Below, one piece after another: positions 58,418-64,000 of a DNA stretch of 64,000 nucleotides. The notes under the pieces are model-generated. The model worked only from the letters and a program-made list of their open reading frames with translations, made no database searches and was not told the DNA's origin. A program made the position numbers and the translations under genes. Source of the DNA: Candidatus Eiseniibacteriota bacterium (GTDB lineage Bacteria; Eisenbacteria; RBG-16-71-46; CAVPCR01); NCBI GenBank assembly GCA_963702435.1, contig CAVPCR010000001.1, positions 1,480,435 to 1,544,434 of the forward strand, written 5' to 3'. Within the stretch, counting starts at the first letter, position 1; each line of letters starts with the position of its first letter.

Positions 58418-59550
58418 GCGCGACCACGACGCGCGAGGCCGGCGCGGCCGCCGTGAAATCGCCGTCGGCCAACTCAGCGCAGCCCACGATCCTCATCAAG
58501 GGGAACGAGGCGGCGGTGCGCGGCGCGGTCCTCGCCGGCTGCCGCTTCTACTTCGGCTATCCGATCACTCCCGCGAGCGAGATCGCGCACGAGGCGGCGC
58601 GGCTCATGCCGCTCGTCGGCGGCACGTTCATCCAGGCCGAGTGCGAGACCGCGGCCATCAACATGGTGTACGGCGCCTCGTCCTCCGGCGTGCGCACGAT
58701 GACCGCATCCTCGAGCCCGGGCATCAGCCTGAAGCAAGAAGGCCTCTCGTACGCCGCCGGGTCCGAGCTGCCGCTCGTCCTCATCGACATCATGCGCGGC
58801 GGCCCTGGCCTCGGCAACATCGGCCCGGAGCAGGCCGACTATTTCCAGCTCGTGAAGGGCGGCGGCCACGGCAACTATCGCGTGATCGTGCTCGCGCCCG
58901 CCTCCGCGCAGGAGATGTGCGACTTCACGATGCTCGCCTTCGACCTCGCCGACAAGTACCGCAATCCCGCCTGCGTCCTCGCCGACGGCACCATCGGCCA
59001 GATGATGGAGCCGGTGACGCTCCCCGAGCCGCGGATCCCGGCCGGCGAGCCCGAGTGGGCGGTGCGCGGCGACGCAGAGACCAGGAACAACCTGATCTCC
59101 TCGATCCATCTCGATCACCACGAGCTCGAGAACCATATCCGCCGGCTCAAGAAGAAGTACGACGAGATCGAGCTCCACGAGGTGCGCTCGGCGACGTACA
59201 AGACCGAGGATGCCGACGTGATCCTCGTCGCCTACGGCATCGTCGCCCGCCTCGTGCAGAACGTGGTCGACCAGGCGCGCGCGCGCGGCATCCGCGCCGG
59301 GCTCCTCCGCCCGATCACCTTGTGGCCCTTCCCGTCCGATGCGATCGCCGAGCTGGCCGAGAAGGCGCGCTTCCTCCTCGCCGTCGAGCTCTCGACCGGG
59401 CAGATGGTCGAGGACGTGCGGCTCGCCGCCGCCGGCATCGCTCCCGTCCACTTCTACGGCCGCTCCGGCGGCGTCCTGCCCGAGGTCGGCGAGATCCTCG
59501 AGCGGATCGAGGATCTCATGGGGCTCCGCGCCGACCCAGGAGGTGAATAG
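58414..59550 (+). CDS. vorB: 2-oxoacid:ferredoxin oxidoreductase alpha subunit (VorB-like)
   Basis: [32 protein letters not shown]. Confidence 0.88.
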   Translation: MSATTTREAGAAAVKSPSANSAQPTILIKGNEAAVRGAVLAGCRFYFGYPITPASEIAHEAARLMPLVGGTFIQAECETAAINMVYGASSSGVRTMTASSSPGISLKQEGLSYAAGSELPLVLIDIMRGGPGLGNIGPEQADYFQLVKGGGHGNYRVIVLAPASAQEMCDFTMLAFDLADKYRNPACVLADGTIGQMMEPVTLPEPRIPAGEPEWAVRGDAETRNNLISSIHLDHHELENHIRRLKKKYDEIELHEVRSATYKTEDADVILVAYGIVARLVQNVVDQARARGIRAGLLRPITLWPFPSDAIAELAEKARFLLAVELSTGQMVEDVRLAAAGIAPVHFYGRSGGVLPEVGEILERIEDLMGLRADPGGE

Positions 59551-59552
59551 CA

Positions 59553-61078
59553 ATGACCAAGGTCTTCACCAAGCCCCAGGCCTTCTACGAGGTCTTCGAG
59601 CGGAAGGGCGGCCCCGAGCCGGAAGCAACGCACTACTGCCCGGGCTGCGGCCACGGCATCCTGCACAAGCTGATCGCCGAGGCGGTGGATGACCTGGGCA
59701 TCGGCGATCGCACGATCCTCGTGAGCCCGGTCGGCTGCTCGGTGTTCGCGTACTACTACTTCAACATGGGGAACGTGCAGGCGGCGCACGGGCGCGCCCC
59801 GGCGGTGGCCACCGGGATCAAGCGGGCGCGGCCGGAGTCGATCGTCATGACCTACCAGGGCGACGGCGATCTCGCAGCGATCGGCCTCAACAACATCATG
59901 CAGGCCGCCAACCGCGGCGAGCACATCTCGGTCTTCTTCATCAACAACGCCCTCTACGGCATGACCGGCGGGCAGATGGCGCCGACCTCGATCATCGGGC
60001 AGCGGACGACGACGTCGCCGTACGGGCGCAAGGAGGAGAACGAGGGGTTCCCGCTCAACATGTGCGAGATCATCTCGGCGCTCCGCGCGCCGGTCTACAT
60101 CGAGCGGACGACGGTCGCCTCGCCGAAGCACATCATGAAGACGCGGAAGGCGGTGCGGCACGCGCTCGAGTGTCAGATCGAGGGCAAGGGCTTCTCGTTC
60201 GTCGAGGTCGTCGCCCAGTGCCCGACCGGCTGGAAGATGACGACGGAGCAGTCGCTCAAGTGGCTCGAGGAGAACCTCCTCCCCCAGTACCCGCTCAAGG
60301 TGTTCCGCGACGACTTCTCGACGCGGGAAGGGCATCCGCGCAAAGCGGTGCCGGCGTCCGAGGAGGCGGTGCGCGCGGCGGCGTATCCGAAGAAGAAGGG
60401 GCGCCCGGGCCGGCCGGCGGCGCGAAGCCGGCGGCCGGCGGGAACGGCGACGGCGCCCGAACGGGCGACAAGGCGAAGCCGGCGGCGGCGATCCCCGTGG
60501 CCGGTGGCCCGCGGCTCGAGCGCGAGCTCCGCTTCAAGGTGGCCGGGTTCGGCGGCCAGGGGATCCTCTATCTCGGCGAGGTGCTCGGGACGGCCGGCAT
60601 GCGCGACGGGTACCAGGTGAGCTGGCTCCCGTCCTACGGGCCCGAGATGCGCGGCGGGACGGCGCACTGCCACGTCATCGTGTCGCCGAACTCGATCGGC
60701 TCGCCGCTCGTCGAGCACGCGACCCATCTCGTGGCCATGAACCGCCCCTCGCTCGAGCGCTTCATCGGCGATGTCGATCCCGGCGGCATGGTGGTCTACG
60801 ACTCGTCGCTCGTCGACATCGCGCCGCCGCGTGCGGACGTGATTCCGGTGGCGATCCCCGCGACCACGATCGCCGACGAGATCGGCGCCACCCGGGTCGC
60901 CAACATCGTGATGCTCGGCGCGCTCGTCGCCCTCATCGGGCAGCCCGCGCTCGCGACCGTCACCGCAGCGCTCAGCGAGGCGGGCGGCCGGGCCGAGCTC
61001 ATCGCGCTGAACACGAAGGCCCTCGAGGCCGGATACGCGGCAGGACTGAAGGCGGCGCCGCAGACGGCAAAGGCCTGA
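59553..61078 (+). CDS. 2-oxoacid:ferredoxin oxidoreductase beta-gamma fusion, frameshift near 60400
   Basis: HYCPGCGH, GDGD, YGMTGGQ; then AGFGGQG, SYGPEMRGGTA in the adjacent frame with no separate start. Confidence 0.88.
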
Positions 61079-61278
61079 CGCAGCTTCTTGCGCCGACCGG
61101 CAGGGGTGATCTCCGGCCCGTGGCGCAGGTCTGGGCGAGGCGAGCCCCGCTGTCCCGCCGCCGGGCGTGACAGCGGGGCAACTTGTTTCCGTTCAAGGAC
61201 CTTGGCGGTGGAGACCGCCGGGTGGGGCCGGTGCCGCCTTCCGGGAGGAAACGGGGAGCCGCTTCCCTACTGTGCGTG

Positions 61279-61284
61279 TATAAT
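61279..61284 (+). promoter_or_regulatory. Perfect -10 box upstream of the second NusG paralogue
   Basis: TATAAT in very GC-rich DNA about 85 nt before the ATG. Confidence 0.5.
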
Positions 61285-61369
61285 AGGAGCTTGGACATGC
61301 GGTGACGTGATTGTCGACACCGGGCAGAGCCGGTGGCGACGTCACATCGCGCGGCGGCGAGGGGAAGGA

Positions 61370-62145
61370 ATGGCGATGAGCCTGCTCCCCGCCGGCCCGG
61401 TGGATCGAGGCCGGCATCCTTCGGATCCCTCGACCTCGGCCGAGGTTTGGTCGCGCGCGCCCGGGGCCCTCTCCGACCCGGCCGTGCACGACGGCCCCCC
61501 GGACCTCCTCGACCCCGCCGGGCCTGTCCTCTCGCCGGACCTCCTCGCCCCCGCCGGCCCCTACGAACGATGGGCCGCTCTCTACACGCATCCGAACTGC
61601 GAGAGGCGCGTCGCCGAGGTCTGCGCGCGGATCGGGGTGCGGCACTACCTCCCGCTCCTCGACCAGTGGGTCGGCCCCGAGCACAGCCGCCACCGCGCAG
61701 TCGCGCCTCTTTCTCGAGCTACGTCTTCGCCTGCGCCGACCGCGAGGCGTTCGTTGCCGCCCTCCAGGTCGGGCGCATCGCGCGCGTGGTCCGTGTCGAC
61801 CGCGAGGACGTGTTCCTCCATGAGCTGCGGCAGATCCGGCTTGCGATCGCCGGCGATCCCGAACTGGCGGCGGGGCCTGCGCTCGAACACGGGGATCGCG
61901 TGCGCGTGATCCACGGGCCGCTCATCGGGGTCGAGGGGCTCGTTGAGGGGCTCCGGCGGCGACGGCGGCATCATCGCCTCGTGCTCAACGTGTCGATGCT
62001 CGGACGGGCGGTGGCGACCGAGGTCGACGTGAGAGATGTGGAGAGAATGGTGACTGTGCGGGAAGCGGCGGCTGTCACGGTGACCGTGCCGGCGGCAACC
62101 CCGTACTGGCGCGCGCCGGCGGAGACGCGGCGCGACTGGACATAG
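61370..62145 (+). CDS. Second NusG-paralogue antiterminator, frameshift near 61712
   Basis: [21 protein letters not shown], corrected PLFSSYVF, KOW GDRVRVIHGPLIGVEG, RLVLNVSMLGR. Confidence 0.85.
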
Positions 62146-62356
62146 CCGGGCGAGAGCACCCCGTGCAGGGGGCGTGCCGGCGGCGTGCGATGTGCGCCGC
62201 GGCGCGCCGGCCCTCGAGGCGAGCGACGACGCCGACTCCGGCGCCGGGCCGCGAACCATCCGGGGTGCACGCGCGGCGGAGTGATGCGGTAGCGGGCGGC
62301 GGAGCCGCGCAAGGCGCTGACTCCGGGAGACCTCCGGTGATGGGGACGGAGTCCGC

Positions 62357-63787
62357 TCAACGACGCGGCACTGCCGGTGCCGGGGCGAGCTCGACCTCGA
62401 CCGGTGGGGTCAGGCGGACGACCCCGGACCTCGAGTCGTCGAGCGTGAGCGATACCGGCGAACGCAGCGGCGCCACGACGACATGCCAGAGCCACGCCCC
62501 CTTGCCACTCGGGTGATCGATGCGCCGTGCGATCTCCTCGTCGGTGATGTGCAACAGGCGGCGATAGGGCTCCACCGATTGGCGATCGGGGATCTCGAGG
62601 ATCTCCTCCACCGTCGCCAGCAAGTCCGATCCCGACAGGCCATCGGAGTCGGAGGGAAGGAGCAGGAAGGAGCGCGCCACCGGCATCGGCTGCGGGCGCG
62701 TGACGGTGAGACCGCCCTTGCGGAGGAGAAGACCGTCCCGGCGCTCGCGCAGCTCGTCGATGGCCACCTTGACCTCTCGCATCGCGTAGCTGATGAGGAT
62801 CTTCTGCGACGCGGGTGAAGCGTGGCCGGGGAGGGCGGCCGGCATCGACCCGGCCGCGCCGGGAACGGTGAGCCCCGCCGGGGCGGCAGGGGCGGCAGGG
62901 GCGGCCGCTGCGGCCGGAGAGAATGGGTGGGCTGGAGCGAACGGACCGACCAGGGCCGCCAGCGGGCTCTGCGCCAGGTCCGGGTTCGGCTTGACGAGGT
63001 GCGTGTATCGCGAGGTGGTCTGGACGCTCTGATGGCCGAGCAGGCTCTGGATCACGCGGAGGTTGGTGCCCGCTTCCAAGAGATGCGTCGCGAAGCTGTG
63101 CCTGAGCGTGTGCGGGGTGGCCCGACCCTCGAGCCGCGCCTTGACCACCGCCATCACGAAGGCCTTCTGCGCGGCGCGTTCCGTGATGTGCTGCGGCTTC
63201 CGCTCCGGCCGCGGCCGTCCGACGAAGAGGGGTTCGGTCGCTGGCCTCCCGCCGGCCACCTGGTCGATCAAGGGCACGAGGCAGGGCGGCAGGACGGAGG
63301 TCCGATCCTTCGCGCCTTTTCCCTGACGGATGTGGATCTGATTGCGGCCGGGGCTCAGATCGACCGCGCACAGGCGCACCACCTCACCGATCCGCAGACC
63401 CGACGCGTACATGATGCTGAAGAGGAGGCGGTACCCGGGATCCTCGATGGTACCGAGGAGGCGGAGGACTTCCTCCTTGGAGAGGACCTTCGGGATGACC
63501 CGCTTCGACTTCATCGGCGGGAGCCCCGCAGCGATGTCCCGCTGGAACACCGCCCGGAAGGCGAAGCGCGCCGCATTCCGTGCCTGGCGCATCTTGGACA
63601 CGCCGTCCCTGGAGGTACCGGAGATCGCGACGAGGTAGTCCCGCAGATCGGACTCCTCGACCTCCTCGGGCGCCTTCCCTACGGACCCGATGAATTTCCG
63701 GAGCGCGCCGAGATAGACTTTCGCCGTCTTCCGGCTGTACCGCCTGAGCATGAGCTCTTCCCTAACTCGATCAAGGAACTCGTCCAT
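62357..63787 (-). CDS. Tyrosine recombinase (no IntI insertion) with C-terminal DUF1802-like domain
   Basis: YSRKTAKVY; GLRIGE, QGKGAKDR, HTLRHSFATH, LLGH, TSRYTHL; Pro/Ala linker; AMRE...LLLRKGGL...FLLLP. Confidence 0.88.
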   Translation of the reverse strand: MDEFLDRVREELMLRRYSRKTAKVYLGALRKFIGSVGKAPEEVEESDLRDYLVAISGTSRDGVSKMRQARNAARFAFRAVFQRDIAAGLPPMKSKRVIPKVLSKEEVLRLLGTIEDPGYRLLFSIMYASGLRIGEVVRLCAVDLSPGRNQIHIRQGKGAKDRTSVLPPCLVPLIDQVAGGRPATEPLFVGRPRPERKPQHITERAAQKAFVMAVVKARLEGRATPHTLRHSFATHLLEAGTNLRVIQSLLGHQSVQTTSRYTHLVKPNPDLAQSPLAALVGPFAPAHPFSPAAAAAPAAPAAPAGLTVPGAAGSMPAALPGHASPASQKILISYAMREVKVAIDELRERRDGLLLRKGGLTVTRPQPMPVARSFLLLPSDSDGLSGSDLLATVEEILEIPDRQSVEPYRRLLHITDEEIARRIDHPSGKGAWLWHVVVAPLRSPVSLTLDDSRSGVVRLTPPVEVELAPAPAVPRR

Positions 63788-64000
63788 CTCCGAAGCGTCG
63801 AGCAAGGCCTGGGCCGGGGCGGCGGAGGCAGCACTCCCGACCCGAGTTCGCAAATCACACAACGCCTTACCGCCCATAAGCTCAGCGCTTCGGGCACTTA
63901 CCGACCGGCTGCACATGACACCTCGCTTAACGACTCCGTTAACCTGGTTACCAGCGGCCGGGTCCATCAGTTCGCCAAGCCTACTTCGCCTAATGGCAGT

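Noticed and set aside
11500..61300. One mobile island bounded by the two recombinases
   Set aside because: The interior is housekeeping-type with uniform composition; no flanking direct repeats or tRNA were seen.
62357..63787. Second bona fide IntI
   Set aside because: Lacks the integron-specific insertion and the YTHV-LN tail seen in the first integrase.
1..64000. tRNA, rRNA, reverse transcriptase or transposase genes
   Set aside because: None recognised by eye; tRNAscan-SE and Rfam scans were not run.

Overview
Very GC-rich bacterial chromosome segment. Secreted proteins with FlgD-Ig/T9SS-like tails and a C-terminal TWGxIK motif tentatively suggest an Eisenbacteria/Krumholzibacteriota/Latescibacterota-like lineage. 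Bases 1-11.3 kb hold an integron in reverse layout: a NusG-paralogue gene, intI, attI and 16 complete cassettes all lie on the minus strand, and the array runs off the window edge. Nine of the 16 cassettes are gene-less and fall into three related ~300-bp families that share a covarying internal hairpin. The right end has a second copy of the NusG paralogue next to a second tyrosine recombinase, which lacks the IntI insertion and appears fused to a DUF1802-like domain. The core between them encodes Tag, envelope proteins, an ECF sigma/anti-sigma/ABC operon, AttEFGH-like genes, an S8 protease-dockerin plus cohesin lipoprotein module, PLD, duplicated PAS kinases with a FixJ-type regulator, aconitase, a UxxC selenoprotein, a TonB receptor and a Vor-type oxidoreductase. 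Six single-base frameshifts look like assembly indels. All family names come from motif recognition; no searches were run.
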